From the NCBI GenBank assembly GCA_030141605.1, contig JAQGDQ010000390.1:1-64000 (forward strand): a stretch of 64,000 bases of DNA. The letters are read 5' to 3'. Both the position numbers and the translations under genes were made by a program. The notes beneath the pieces are model-generated. The model had not been told where the DNA came from and did not search any database. It saw nothing but the letters and a program-made list of their open reading frames with translations. Position 1 is the stretch's first letter; each line of letters begins with the position of its first letter. Below are positions 37,068 to 51,053 of this stretch, piece by piece. Source of the DNA: Tubiluchus corallicola (Eukaryota; Animalia; Priapulida).

Positions 37068-40000
37068 GTTGGATAAGCTGAGATAGACCGAAAAGAATGA
37101 TCTTGCCAAACAATATTTTGTATTGCTTTATTAAAGAAGTGTCTATGACTGAGTTTAATACGTAATCTTTATTAAAAAATATTAAAATATCTACAACAAT
37201 GTATAAAATATAAAACCAAGATAAAATACAGCACAGATATAAATTTCACAGGTAAAAACGGCCAATTAAGAGATTTCGGATAAAAGAACAAAGAGCTAAG
37301 GCTAGGTATGCCTGTTGATGAATGAAATTTTCATCTTTTAAACGTTTTATGTAGTTCTGTACTCTGCAACCCCCTCCTTTCCCAGCCCCATCCAACGCTA
37401 GACCCTGTACCTAGTTTATTTGCAAGGATAATTGTTAATGCACAATCTCCCTTAACAAGATAAAAGAATGCGATAAATTCGCACAGAAACAGTTTTCCCA
37501 ATGGTCACCCAACCAGTGACTGGACTTGCATAACTTCGCTTAACTTTGGTCGTTATGTTACTCTACTGCTTCGAAGCGTCCTCTACCAAAAGCTGTCCAA
37601 TGTGCTAAAGAATGTTTTGTCTTCACACTTGCATGTGCAAACAATCGTATCTGCGCTCATTTTTATATGCGTTTTTGTGTACCCAGCATTACTACTAGCT
37701 TATTTAAGTACTAACTGAATATGTACACTTAAGTGTTTGAGCAGCAGCAGTAGCAGTAGCAGTAGCAGTAGCAGCAGCAGTACCAGTAGAAGTAGTAGTA
37801 GTTTTCATACAGTGCCATTTTAACGCTTGTTAGGCACCTAAGGAATATAATTTACGAAATAAGAATACGTAAAATACATACAGTATTACGTAAAATACTG
37901 TAATACTAATCATAATCACAATAACTCAGAACATGGAAAAAACAAAGCGTCAACAATTTCTGCATCTTCCCCCGCCCCCATCTAAATGTCTGCGGTTTTG
38001 ATACAGTCAATGCTTGTGTCTTCTCCAACTATTGATCCAACACTGTGCTTAGAGGAGCTGATAAAATTCTGAACAAAATACATTCAATGATGCCGTGCTG
38101 AACAGAGTTTTTGTACGTGTAATATAATATATGACTGCAGGGGCAAAACGTTTTCAAAAACAAAAAAATTTGCATGATAGCTAATATCAGTGCTCTACCT
38201 TTAATTCAAACTAAGATTACACGTCGTGTTGTTTTCACATTCATTCTGCAAAATATGTCTGTTTCATAACTTACTAATTATGCTATTTGCACAACGTATT
38301 CCAGAAATCACATTGCTTACCTTTTTAACTTCATATAATAATAATCTCTTTAGACTTGTTATATCGCATCTGCCTCTGTCTATTACATATTAATTGATCT
38401 AGGCCTACCACCAACACATTACTGGCAGGCTTCCTTTTTACTACATTGGTAGCTTATTCCAGGCTTCACAAACCGAAAAGCTTCTTTGCGCAGGTGCCTG
38501 TTACATTTAAAGGGGAACAATACACTGTTTTAAACTATACCTAAAAATAATCTAATGTATAAAATACTGAAAGAGAACATAAGTGTTTTTAAGAGTGACG
38601 TACGTGAAAGAATTACTAGCAGAGAAGTTTAAGTGCGCGCTCCCGCCCAGTTACATCTTACATGTATTTCGCCATTTGCTATTTAAATAAACAAAGCGAA
38701 AAGCAGGTGCTGTACCTCTCAGTTTCGTTGTAATGCAGTGCACACGTAAGAGAACTCGTGTATAAGCACAACAGTAAATTTGAAATTTAAATTTCTAAAC
38801 TTAAAACTAGCTAAGTTTTCGGAAGGCTGTACAGTATCACTGTATTTCAGTTTTCGCTTTTGCAAACACGTGCAACACGCTAGTAAATGTTCGTGAATAT
38901 AATCAGTTACGACATCATCACTAACGTCGCTCGGTGGTCGTTAATTAATTTCTTAACCTACTATTTTATTAACAGAAAAACTTTGGCATTATTATAGGTA
39001 TTAAAATCTATACTTTTTAGCGAAGTTCAAAATGGGGCGGGTACGAAAAATCATCCTACTTTTTCACCAATCAATAAAGACTGGTTATAACTGCTGCGAC
39101 TCATTGAGACATCGTTACCCCAGAATCTCTTTTAGGATCGAACATCGTTATAAAAAAAATAAAACCAGTAAAATAGAAGAAACATTTGAAAAAACGTTGC
39201 TTTCAAGAGTTGTAAGCCAACAGAGACAAACAAAAATTATTAGAACATAAAAAAGCAATACGTTATTTTTATATAACTAAATTTTATTGTGATCCATAAC
39301 AGCAGCAAAAATACCCCAAATAATAAACGCACGCACACTGCAGTAAAATACGAGTGTCTTCATAAAATTCTATAATTATAACAATAGTATATTTTTCAGT
39401 ATACTATGATCTTGTCTATAAGAGGAAATGTCACGGCTACGTGAAGGCGATGATGATGACAAAAAACTTGGTGATTTCTACAACTACTTCACGCAACCAA
39501 GATGGAAAAGATTTCGTTTTTCAAATGAGAGCAATAACTGCAACCACTACCCAAAAAATTTTCAGAAAGTACTTATACGTAATTGCTGAACCTATTCAGA
39601 AATATTCTAACATAAACAAACCAAACAAACGTGTCACAGCACAGCAGGCTACACAAGTGTTACAGAAGCAACGTGAAATCTGGTAATCGTGATCAATGAC
39701 AAAGTTACAACAGTATAAACCGGCAAACCATGGCAAACTGACAAATAACATCCACTGTAAAACTACAATTATTTTCGACACACAAATTGTCCCAAACAAA
39801 GTAACATATACCGTTTCTGAAACAATCATTTAGACATGTGAAAACAGTAAAAAATTAATGTTTAACTAAGGAAACAATTAAAAAGCGACGAGACAATATA
39901 AGCATCTCAGAAACAAAATGACAAAGCAAAAATATTTCAAAAAACGTTGACGCTAACAAATATTCCAAAAGTTATACAATTGTAAGACATTCTCAGAGAA

Positions 40001-41476
40001 ACAGAGACAAAGCAGCTTAGAAGCAAAAATCTTTTTACATAGTTCAAAGGAAGATAAAAAATGGTGTCACAGTAACACGACTTTAACTTTACTCTAGTGG
40101 AAAATTGTGCGACAATTAATGAAACTGTTGCAATATAGTCAGCAAATTCCATTTTTTTCAAAATAGACGTGTACAATTCATTTCAGATCGAGTCTGGAAC
40201 ACAAATATGGTGGCTTTGATACGTTGTGGCGCCACCTCTCATCAAACCCATCACACAATGAAGTAACCATGCTTTAACCTCCAATTTTCAACAAATTGTA
40301 TGTTGTTTCACTATAGAAACTGTCAAAAATATAAACTACGAAACACCTTTTAGTGCATAAACGCACGCAACTATTATTTTTAAAAAAAATAGAAACGGCA
40401 CTTTTGAAGATTTATCATACAAGTACAAAGGTACATTATTTCTCTCATGTTTAATTTTTCGCTTATTTCAAACTTCACCTAAAAAGAGCACGGCCATTGA
40501 AAGAATAAATACCAGGTCACGGTCTTATCAATAATAAGTAACAGTTTTCATCAATATGATTATAAGCATTACAACGAACTTGTCAGGATTTTTGTTTTAC
40601 CGAACTTACAAAAATCAAAATTCAACTATTTTCAAATTTCATGGACTTTGAAACGAGAATGAACTTCGACGGTGGGCAATTATGCATAATATATCGGTGC
40701 ATATAATACGAGCATCTGGAAAGTAACGAAACTTTGATCATAAAATGAACGCTGTCACATCCATGTGATAAATGACAATCCAATTCATTTTAGTCATAAC
40801 AACTGTTTCTTGCAACAGAATTGCAACACTTTAATTTAATTATCGTTGAATTCCGATAAAGCAATTAATTTCTAAAACGACTTGTTAAGAACACGTTTAA
40901 GTACAGGAGTTTTCGTAAAGCATTTTTGCGCTGTTGGATATTGCACATTATTACCACAGCATTTTGAATAAGTAAGATTCAAGTTCTTGTGAAAATTGTT
41001 TTTTTGCTTCAGCTGCTGTTGGAGCTATTCAAACAATAAGTACAACTAGGTTATAATACAAATAAACAGTTACTTATTTAATGATAAACCACGATAACAT
41101 AATATAATTAGGAAGTAATTAAATAAAACTAAAGCATATCATTTGCCAACAAATTCAAAACAAATACATATGTGAATCAATCAAATTAATTAAGTACAAC
41201 TTTAATAACAGTACTGAGAAAACATACTTGATTTACTCTTCATAAAATATTAATTTTGATATAATTTTCCGACACTATTCCGATACACGCATGATGGTAG
41301 TCATTTTGCTAACCTTTGCCTTCGTAATCACACAAATACATTTTCTTAGAAAATTGATGTGGAAAAAGCAGCAACCCAATCACAATAGAGACAAAAGTAA
41401 ATTACACAAATTATGAGCAAGTATGAAAAATTAATATTATAAAGATAGGGTGAAGAAAGTTTCTATCGAAAATAAA

Positions 41477-42061
41477 CCATGATGCAATAGTGGAATATCT
41501 ATAGTCTACTCAAGATACTTAGTTAAGATCAAAATTACAGGACGCTATACACTGTCGGAAATCTACCATGACGAAATAGTGGAATATCTATAGTCTACTC
41601 AAGATACTCAGTTAAGATCAAAATTACAGGACGCTATACACTGTCGGAAATCTACCATGACGAAATAGTGGAATATCTATAGTCTGCTAAAGACACTCAA
41701 AAAGACGGAAATTAGAAGATGATATACACTGTCAGAAATCTACCATGACGAAATAGTTGTATATTTAAGATGGTCTACTCAAGATTCTCCGTTAAGATGG
41801 AAATTAGAGGATACTACATACTGTTGGATATCTATCATGATGAAATAGTCGAATATCTAAGATAGTCTATTCAAGATGTTCAGTTAAAATGAAAATTATA
41901 GGATGCTGCACATTACATATTTTACAAACATTCCTGAGTAAAGTTGAGGAGTGCAGACTTATACGTCCATTCAAGATGCTCAGTTAGTATGAAAATTATA
42001 GGATGCTGCACATTACATATTTTACAAACATTCATGAGTTAAGTTGAGGAGTGCAGACTTA
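41477..42061. repeat. 89-bp tandem repeat (about 5 copies, progressively diverged) followed by an overlapping 100-bp duplication
   Basis: tggaatatct recurs at 41491, 41580 and 41669; tcaagatg...gtgcagactta recurs at 41871 and 41971. Confidence 0.85.
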
Positions 42062-43894
42062 GGTGGGGGGTATACGTCCAAAAGACATAAAGTGAATGGA
42101 ACGGAATTAAAGCACAGTACAAGATACAAATAAATGGTTGAAGAACAATAGTTCTTAAACACCTAATGCTGCTAAATTAAACGACAAATTAATTTATTTT
42201 GAACTTCACCACTTCCTATAGTGCAGTGAATATAAAAAAGACATTCAGCTGTAATAATTTAGCTGCTAAAAAGTTTGAAATCAAAAACTGAAATCAGGAA
42301 AATGGTAAACCCAACAACAGCTGACAGGACCGTCACATTCATCATGGCTATAGGGAACGGACATGAAAGTAGTGTCAACAGCCCTGAGCCAGGACGTCTT
42401 CTTATCTCTCAAGTTACTAGATGCCATTCACGTACAAGATAAGAGGACTTTATCCTTACCAAGGTACAACCAGTATAAAGGTAATTACAGTGCTGTGATA
42501 GACTGATACCAGCTGTAATTCTGTTTCATGAATTGACGTCAAGTACATGGATTTTATAACCAAAGCAAACGTCATTAAATGCCATGACTGGTGTTCACCA
42601 CACAAATCAAGTTTTCATACTGCGAGCAAAGTCCTAGCCAACATTTTTTTATACTGTATCTACTTAGATTTAAAGTGTTAAAATACCAGTGTTAAGCACC
42701 GTCTATTTAATAAGTACGTATACTGCTTCAGTAGAATAAAGACCAACTGAATAGACTTATGCTCCTGTTTCTTATCAGTTTCAGAAGTTTACTACCCTAT
42801 GTTTAAATACAAAGACAAAATTTCAAAAAAAAACAAACAAATAAAGTCTATATATAAAATAAAAACACACTCTGGTACCTGGCGACTTCACTTGTGCTAA
42901 GAAATTATCACCTTTATAACAAGAACAGAAATATTACATTGACCTTTTAGCAAAGCACATCATTATTGTGTTCAGCGAAGCATAGTTTGTCTGATTAGCC
43001 AGTCAGCAGATATTACGATTGATGCACGACTAAAAAAATCTGTGTATGGTTAAAATACCCTTTTAGATAATTATTACACATACTTTAAGTGGCAACTGCA
43101 GAACAGGGGGGAATGTTGATCTTTAAAGTGCAATAAGTATACAAATTATACTTGCACATGTACAAAAGACAGTTATTCAGTAACCTGGAAAAAGCTAACT
43201 AGTATACATGTACACACCTACATCAACATGATAAAAAATTTATAAATACCTACTGTGAAATTAGGGAGCACAGATGGGTAGGCAGCTAGCGAATAAGATA
43301 ACTAATCAATAAGCTAAAATTAGGTGCAACTGAATTACAAAGCAGGCATAGTAAGCATTGAACACAGTATAGCTGTTTCAAAGCACAATTTACATGTCAC
43401 AACCAAACACAAACCATGTCAACTTAAACCAAACACAAAAAACATTTCCAGAACAGTGGCACAGATGCCTACCAATTGTTAAAGGAAAAGTCCATCCTTA
43501 TTTTAACAGGTTGCTATGAATGCAGTCACATTTAGGTGTAGAATGTCGCAGCATGCATATTTTGCCACACTGTAACACTGCAAGTCAGTTAGCCAAATAA
43601 GGTGGGCAAGTACGATATTAATTTGGTATGTGCAAAACTGGCAAATTTTTAAGCATGATTCGATTTTGATTTATTTCAACAAAAATCACATGTTAAATTG
43701 AGAATAAAAATGACATAAATATGTTGACATTATATTACAATCCTGTTGCAGAATATCTAGGACTTGTCAGTCGTTGAAAGAAACTGGTGGACTTTTCATT
43801 TTACAGAAATATCAGAACTTAATAAAAAATCTTATGAGCTTTCCCCAAGTGTTATAAAAACTATAGAGATTTTCTTATTTTACTTTATAGAATG

Positions 43895-44758
43895 CTACTG
43901 CTCTTTCTTGGCTACGATTACAGTAGCTAGACCAATCTTTTTTCTGCGTTCGTCACACAATTTTACGTGCTCTGGTAGCTCTCCGTTTTTACTCATTTCT
44001 ACAACCTTCTTCTCAATCTCAACCAGTTCCTCCGCTGAAGCCTTCGCCCACGAAGAGTTGTATCCCTCCCTTAAGGCGCGATTAAGCAACCGTTCGGTAC
44101 TATAATAGAGCTCGTCGGACGGCACGAAACGCTCTTTCAATGGCACAACGTGATCAATGATCTTAAAGCCGGCATTGGTGATCATGCCATCAACATAATC
44201 CAGCGGCGGATATTGCTTCAGGTAAAAATCGCGTGTAGAGCCAGAGAAAAAAGCATCTGCCCAGTCTGAATCCATACCTTGATGCTGACCACATGTCAAG
44301 ATGCACAGAACACCGCCGGGTTTTAAAACTTTGTGAACATTTTGCAAGGTGCTTTTCATCAAATGATAGCCGTCACCAGTGGCGTTTTCGTCGTAAAGAT
44401 GATGCATGACAACGTTGATCGTAGCTGCATCAAATGTATTCTCTGGAAATGGTAGATTGGGTAGCACCTCATGTACGCTGTTGACAATCTTACCGTTATC
44501 AAAATAAGTTTTTAATTTTTCTTGAGCACGTTTCAGCATTCCACTGTTGCCATCTAGCAGCGTTACCTTGCCAACGCCGTTGTCCAAGAAAATTTTTGTG
44601 TAATTACCAGTGCCGCAGCCAATGTCCAAAAGGTGCCATTCGGATGGAGGCTTTCCCAATTCCACGAACATGTATCCCAACTCGAGCTTAGCGCCAATGG
44701 GAAATCTAACAGTGTCATACTTTTGATGAATGAAGTCGTAATCAGCGTAGAGACTCAT
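43895..44758 (-). CDS. Class I SAM-dependent methyltransferase (Methyltransf_11/25-like), 287 aa, single coding exon
   Basis: Motif I LLDIGCGTG, post-I VTLLDGNSGML, motif II LPFPENTFDAA, motif III VHKVLKPGGVLCIL; splice acceptor (ttttttag) about 16 nt upstream of the ATG. Confidence 0.93.
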   Translation of the reverse strand: MSLYADYDFIHQKYDTVRFPIGAKLELGYMFVELGKPPSEWHLLDIGCGTGNYTKIFLDNGVGKVTLLDGNSGMLKRAQEKLKTYFDNGKIVNSVHEVLPNLPFPENTFDAATINVVMHHLYDENATGDGYHLMKSTLQNVHKVLKPGGVLCILTCGQHQGMDSDWADAFFSGSTRDFYLKQYPPLDYVDGMITNAGFKIIDHVVPLKERFVPSDELYYSTERLLNRALREGYNSSWAKASAEELVEIEKKVVEMSKNGELPEHVKLCDERRKKIGLATVIVAKKEQ

Positions 44759-46141
44759 GATGCTGAATATGTAACTAAAAAAACAAGAGATTAGATTTCA
44801 CAGGCCTACAAATAAAATTCTTGAATATCAGTTAATGCCTATTAAACAGAGACTTAAGAATGGATAAATGTTTGGATGGACTTGATCGTAGAAGTACAAA
44901 CAGAATTTAAGAGCATTTGTTCAGCTAATCGGTCAACTAGGGTTGTCAAACTTACTCAATGCAGGTTTGTCAATACAGTCAGGGTTAAATTATATTTACT
45001 GTTTCAGATCCAGGGCTCATATACTGATAAATGCGCAGATGAACGTACTACCTCAAAAATGCTCCTAGATGATAAACTAACACAAGCTCAGCATAAAATT
45101 CCATTCAGATCGTTCCTTGATGTATGTACTAATGCTAACTTATCAAAACATGCTACTTTGTGACTATGTGGTTTTAGTACTCCAGCAACTTAATATTACC
45201 AACCAACGTTAGCGAGAGTAATTGTGTCCTTGCGTGACTTGCCATACAGTTGTAATTACTATTATAATCAGCAAGAATGCAAGCTCTCTCCAAAAAGTGG
45301 ACATTTGGCACAGTTTGCTATTAACATCAATATTCCTACACATATTTTTACTTGATAAGCATAACTAATTGATTATGGGGAAAATCGTTGGAAAATAACT
45401 CGGTATAATCAAAGCTGTTTAACGCGAAACAGTCCCATAGAAGTTTAATGGCTGGTGAGCACCGATGTGAAATGAAAACGTTGTGGACACAGGGAGCGGT
45501 ATTTATCAAATCCGTGCCTTCAAACTATTCCAACCTTGTCAGATTATTGTCATCGCTTACTAAATTTCGATATCACGCTAATTCTTTAAGGGATACGGTT
45601 TCTGCGCGTCAACGTTTCAATTATTGGGTTAGAGTTATATGATACACAACCTAAAAAGATCGAAAGTTTGACACAAAGTGCTCAGCTTAAAGTTAAAGAC
45701 GATAAAAAATTAATGTTCGCGATTCATTTTTTTCAATTAACAGACAAAAAACGCACAAACATAAAATTAAAAATAAATCAGAACTCGAACTTTAATGCAC
45801 CAATCAAAATAATACTCAGGTTCACCTGTTAATTAGTCTTCTCAAATGCCACGAACAAGCCGAACAAGTACCATTCAACAAAGTAAAGGAAGTCACTGCC
45901 ACTGGTCAGTCACATGCACTCTACGGCACCTATTAAAAAAGTTGATGCACCGCTGATTGAGCGCACGATACACGTTTAATACTACAAGGCAAGATCCGCA
46001 ACAGCTACTGAAACAAGAATCTAAGTTTAGCTTAATTAGCGACCAAAGATAATTGTCAGAGGAGGTATAAAATCAAAATTTTTGTAAACAATTATTATGC
46101 ATGTACTTCTGAAGTCAGTGAAAGAGCGTATGGGTGACTAC

Positions 46142-46285
46142 TAGGGCTGAGCATTCTCTATCAGAAAGCGTATTCAAATCGAACTAGTGACTTTCGAAAT
46201 CAAATCGAATGGAAAATCAATTCGAACTCTGTTTCAAAGATTTTTGGAGCCACAAGTAAAAAGTGGTCTTACAGAGATTATTGAT
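46142..46285. mobile_element. Decayed 5' half of the same hAT MITE family as 18361
   Basis: tagggctgagcattctctatcagaaagcg... aligns with 18361 onward; no right TIR found. Confidence 0.7.
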
Positions 46286-47225
46286 ATTAGGTGAGAACTT
46301 GACATATGCAGTACATGTACATGATAATTTATGCCACCAAAGTGTTGCTGAATTAGTAAAAAATTAAAGAATTCATCAAGTCCTCAATACTCGTTCCGTC
46401 TCCACTGGTGTTCGAGCATTTTGAGGATAACCCATGAGATGCCATTGCCACACCTGAAACAAAACTGCAAAGCAACACAGCATTTCTTTGAGGATGTCAA
46501 TAGTATGATTAACTTGTTAGCCATACGGTCTAAAGCTCTATGATCGTGTCCAAGAAACCTGTCAGATGTTTATTTGTATGTTAGTGTGTACGTTGTGCTA
46601 TTAACAGTTTATTATACATAGCTTGGTGACGTCAATTGGGACGAAAGATAAAGCTTAGGCGCGAACTTATGAAGCTTTACCTTTCTTAGCTATTATAAGT
46701 TTTTGGTTTGATTCGTATTGAACTATTGATACAATTTTTGTGCCGTTTTTTGTGTCACTGCAATGATAACATGACTTTTCGTTAAGTTGACTACTGACCA
46801 CTGACCAGTGTTCGCCAAAGTCAATAGTCGCTTTGCATGAATATTTTTCATTCAAAATACTTGATGTTAGCTATTACCTCGTTGAGGAAAGTTGCATTAC
46901 ACATAGGAATATGCTGATACAGATCATAGAAAGTCAAACTAGCTAATAAGCTAAATTTTTGTTCTGCTACTTCCATTTAATATGCCTAGCCAGTGGCTGA
47001 TGAATTCCATTTAACTTGCAGAGTGGGAAAACCGTGTAAAAATTACAACTAAAATATCTAATAATGCAACATACACTTCTATTGAAGTTTTGTAGGCATT
47101 AATTAATTAATTATCTTAGTCACAATTCTGAGAGGGTAGCTGACATTGATAACTCGTAGTTCTTTCGTCACCCTTTCACCACTAATCAACAATTACTTTT
47201 GCACTTTGTAATATTATTGTATGTT

Positions 47226-47595
47226 TGTTGTGGAGAGCGCTGGCATCAATTAGAATTGCATAGAACATTGTAGAATGTTCTGTCGGAATGACCGCCTTAC
47301 CGTCTGGATTGTTTGGGAACATTAGTTCTGGAAGTTTCGTCGGGGCGCTATATAAGGCGAAGCAGGCCGCCGACACGGGAGCACACAGAGCACGCAGATC
47401 TAACACGGACACATACTTGTATACTTACATTTTCAGATATACTTAAACGTTTTCCAGATTTTCACGTTTACAGTAATCATTTCTCGTTCCTTCATACTTT
47501 TGTGTTGTAGAATTCTCGCTAAATAAACTAGTTTTATTTGACGGCGTGTTTTCTGGTTCTCTCTATGAGCCTTCCGAGAGAAACAAAACACAACA
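47226..47595 (+). mobile_element. Solo LTR (370 bp) with heat-shock elements, TATA box and poly(A) signal
   Basis: Termini TGTTGTG...CACAACA; flanks ATGTT/ACGTT (5-bp TSD with one mismatch); TATATAA 47349-47355; AATAAA 47522-47527. Confidence 0.8.
47251..47355 (+). promoter_or_regulatory. Heat-shock elements plus TATA box inside the solo LTR
   Basis: TTCtgGAAgtTTC at 47326-47338 (three inverted nGAAn units) 10 nt before TATATAA; distal GAAcaTTGtaGAAtgTTC at 47263-47280 with a further in-phase GAA at 47253. Confidence 0.65.
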
Positions 47596-50336
47596 ACGTT
47601 GTACAGATTTATCAATCACTTAGTTATGTATTTTGCTATTATAAAATGGTGATAAACTAATAAACTTACTTACTTACTTCCTAGACTGCTATCTCACTCA
47701 AATGTGTATTCACCTGTTTATTTATACCAGATAGTCCGACCCAATTTGATGCACTTGTGCACCTAAAATGGAATCATAATTTTATTTTGATAACTGAGAT
47801 AATGAAAATTCGACAAGCAAAATCTTCTCTGACTATATTGTAGTGGTTACTGCAGTATTGTAAATAAATAATGTCATTTTATCTTTCTCCTTTGCGGTTA
47901 TTAATTTTGCAATGTTTTTGTTCTGTACATTTTCAGCCATTTTGTGTATGCCACATTTTGTATCACCATGAATAATTTATGTACTCAAAATAGCTTCCTT
48001 GAGACCTTTTAGACAAAATTTTTAAATTACTCTCACACTTTTATAATATCAATATCATTGCTGCTTTCTTCAATTTGATTTATATTGTTACGCAAAAAAT
48101 GTTATTAATTTCGCACACCCGTCTAAATGTAGTGGTCACATCTACACAAAACCATTACATAACGGCATTGAATAGCAGGCAGGCATAAAACCGCCTCTGT
48201 GGAATGGCCTCGTCGGTTCCTCATGGGCTAACGGGCAGGTGCGTATTCTATGCCAGCACCTGTTCTGTAAACTACTTTCATGGAGCACAATGGATTAGAT
48301 ACCAGCTGAGTTATTTTCAGTTATATAACTTCACTTTGTTTTACACATTTGAAAGTTTCTGCACAACTATGCCATTTGAGAGTGAATCAGCACCAACCTG
48401 AAATTGTCGAAAGCATTTCTTTATCTCACAAATTGTATTTATTTGGAATTTGCCTATTTTACAGATTAGAATATTTTAAAGTTGATACCAAGCCATATCC
48501 ATAATCCAGAGATGGAGGTATTAGCTAGTGTGCTATTAAATTTTTTCCCTCCCCTATACAAAATTTGCGGTTACTGAGATGTTAAATATAATGGCACCAC
48601 TGCAGGTAAAGGGTTCCCATTGGGTTAATGTAGGCTCTGTGAATTTTGATGGATTCTGCTGCCAGTGCTTTTCAAGACTTAAATTGATCAATGTTTGTTA
48701 ACTACATTTGCTAGAAGCCTATTTCATGGATCAACAACCCGTTGTAGTTGTTGGTGATGGTGAGTCTGGTGACATCCTGTAACATAATCATCTATGTGTG
48801 TTAAGTCATACCACGTAGAATCCTAAAGGAAAGGCGAATATTAAAAACATGAGCAATTAATGCGATTATGATGTTGAGTATATTAGACAACAACCAACAC
48901 GGTCGCGGAAAAACTGTAAAGCGGTCAGAGGTAGCGTCTCATTTAGAAAACTTCTCGTACTGACATGGTCGCTCCCATTAATGTTTGGTAAATTTCTACG
49001 TGTAAATTTCGGATTTGTTTGTTTTTGTTAAGCTTATTCACAAATCATATGATTCTTGAATATGACTGATGCTGCATGTAAACTGCTATTGCAGCAAATT
49101 GTTTGTGGCAAACAAGCGGCTTGTATTTGTTTATGAATTAAAAGGCTTATTTCAATTTCTGAGCCTAAGGTATGTAGGCTGCTAATGATATACTAAGTTT
49201 TTGTTAATCTTCCCAATTAATAGTATTATTTACATGTTCTAAACTTTAAAAAACACATATTGTTTGATTTGTTGATTTTTAGTATGCTATGCCAGGATGT
49301 CACAATGTGAAAAATTCAGTATAATTTGGCTTTAACTTTAAGCTTAGAATTAGAATGCTCTTTAGGTGTTTTAACTGTAGCTATCTGCCAGCCCAACAAA
49401 ATGTATATGCCAAACACAAATTAATTGCTAAATTAATCCATTCTTTGTAGTGATTTGTAGGCTAAAATTAAAAAAAATATTTTACAGCTTAACATCTAGC
49501 TATGCTTTTAACCCTCTAATCCTGGATATAGTGAATGTCTATGGTAAAAAGATTGTTAAATCAGACCTGTTCCACAGACCAAGCTTCAACTAAGCGTAAT
49601 CACTGTTTTTCACATTCGAGAAAATGATACTTTGATGTTAAATTGTGTGTTTTTTATACAGTTTGCACAGCAAACCATAACCTCGCACAACTGCAGAGCC
49701 TACTCATTGTAGATAGTTATGGAAAGATCAGAACAGAGCTTATTGTCAAAGATGATGAGGTGTTAAACTTTAAGTACATAAATGCAAACTAATTAATTGT
49801 TGCCTAATCATAATTACCAGCAAATAGGTAATACAGTATAATCTACTTACATCGAGGCCTGTCATAACAAGCCTTAGTTATTACAAGTGAACTTGAAGTA
49901 AGTAAAAGTAAAGTAAGTAAAAAAATTTATTTGTCTCTGAATGTTACAAAATAAACCTGAAGGTCCTGTCAAATCTTAAGTTCCATAATGTGTTTAAACC
50001 TTGCTTACTGTGAGCTCCGTTATTATGAGTTTTTGATTATTACGAAAGAATTTCACTGCCCAGTCATTGTACTGCTTCTGCATATAATGAGTGCACGTTC
50101 TAAAACAATGTTTCGATGGCTTACAGCATCAATTTTGCGAAAATAATAATCCTTAATTAATTCCCAACTTCTGTAAATATTCATGATGGTAATGATGGTA
50201 ATTAGTATTATACTAAAATTATACTTCATGTAGTGGTGCGTCTTGCCTTGATTTTACTAAATTAGATGGCTGTAGAAAATGTTGAATTTGTCAATTAAAT
50301 ATATTTGCAGGCCACTTTGAGAAGTCATTTGAAGGC

Positions 50337-50841
50337 ATGTATGTACCACGGTTTGGTCGAAGGAGACACCATGGTGGCGGTTTTGGCTTGCTGCTTTTAT
50401 TATCTCAGCTTTACCGAGTTGGGTTTGATCGAATTCCTCCCGTGACACTTGCTACCATTGCGGCACAGGCAGCCATTTTTCTTCGATTCATAAAAGGCCT
50501 TCCTCACAACAGAGATGTCTGCATCAGTGCAGTTAATGTGTGGTATAAAGAAGACTACAAGCGGTAAACTTGAAAATTAATTAAAGTAATTTTAAAATGT
50601 AGGCCAGCTGAGCTTAGACATACTTGCACTGATATAATAACCTTTGTAGCAGCTATAAGAATACGGTTATTCGTTTTTCAATGTGCTGTTTGACAATACA
50701 CAGTCGCAGGGTTGTCGTAGTATTACTATTGTGAATTTTTATAGGGCATTTGGCAGCATTCTCATAACAGGAGTATTTGCCAAGCATTTTCATTTTATGG
50801 TGTTTTTGGCAAAGTTTAGATTCTAAATCTCTCTCTCTGTC

Positions 50842-50872
<31 letters not shown>

Positions 50873-50985
50873 TTTTCTCTCTCTCTTTTTTTCTCTCTCT
50901 CTCTCCCTCTCTCTCTCTCCCCCTCTCTCTCTGTATCTCTCTCTTTCTCTCTGTGCCTCTCTCTCTCTCTTTCTTTCTTTCTCTT

Positions 50986-51053
<68 letters not shown>

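Noticed and set aside
39000-40800. A-rich stretch with short ORFs, possibly an old transposon
   Set aside because: No recognisable domain motif or termini.
43764-44105. 113-aa plus-strand ORF
   Set aside because: Antisense shadow of the methyltransferase CDS.
46990-47040. CTGATGA...GAAA hammerhead-like core (CTGATGA also at about 14605, 18908, 20841)
   Set aside because: Could not build convincing stems I-III or a cleavage triplet.
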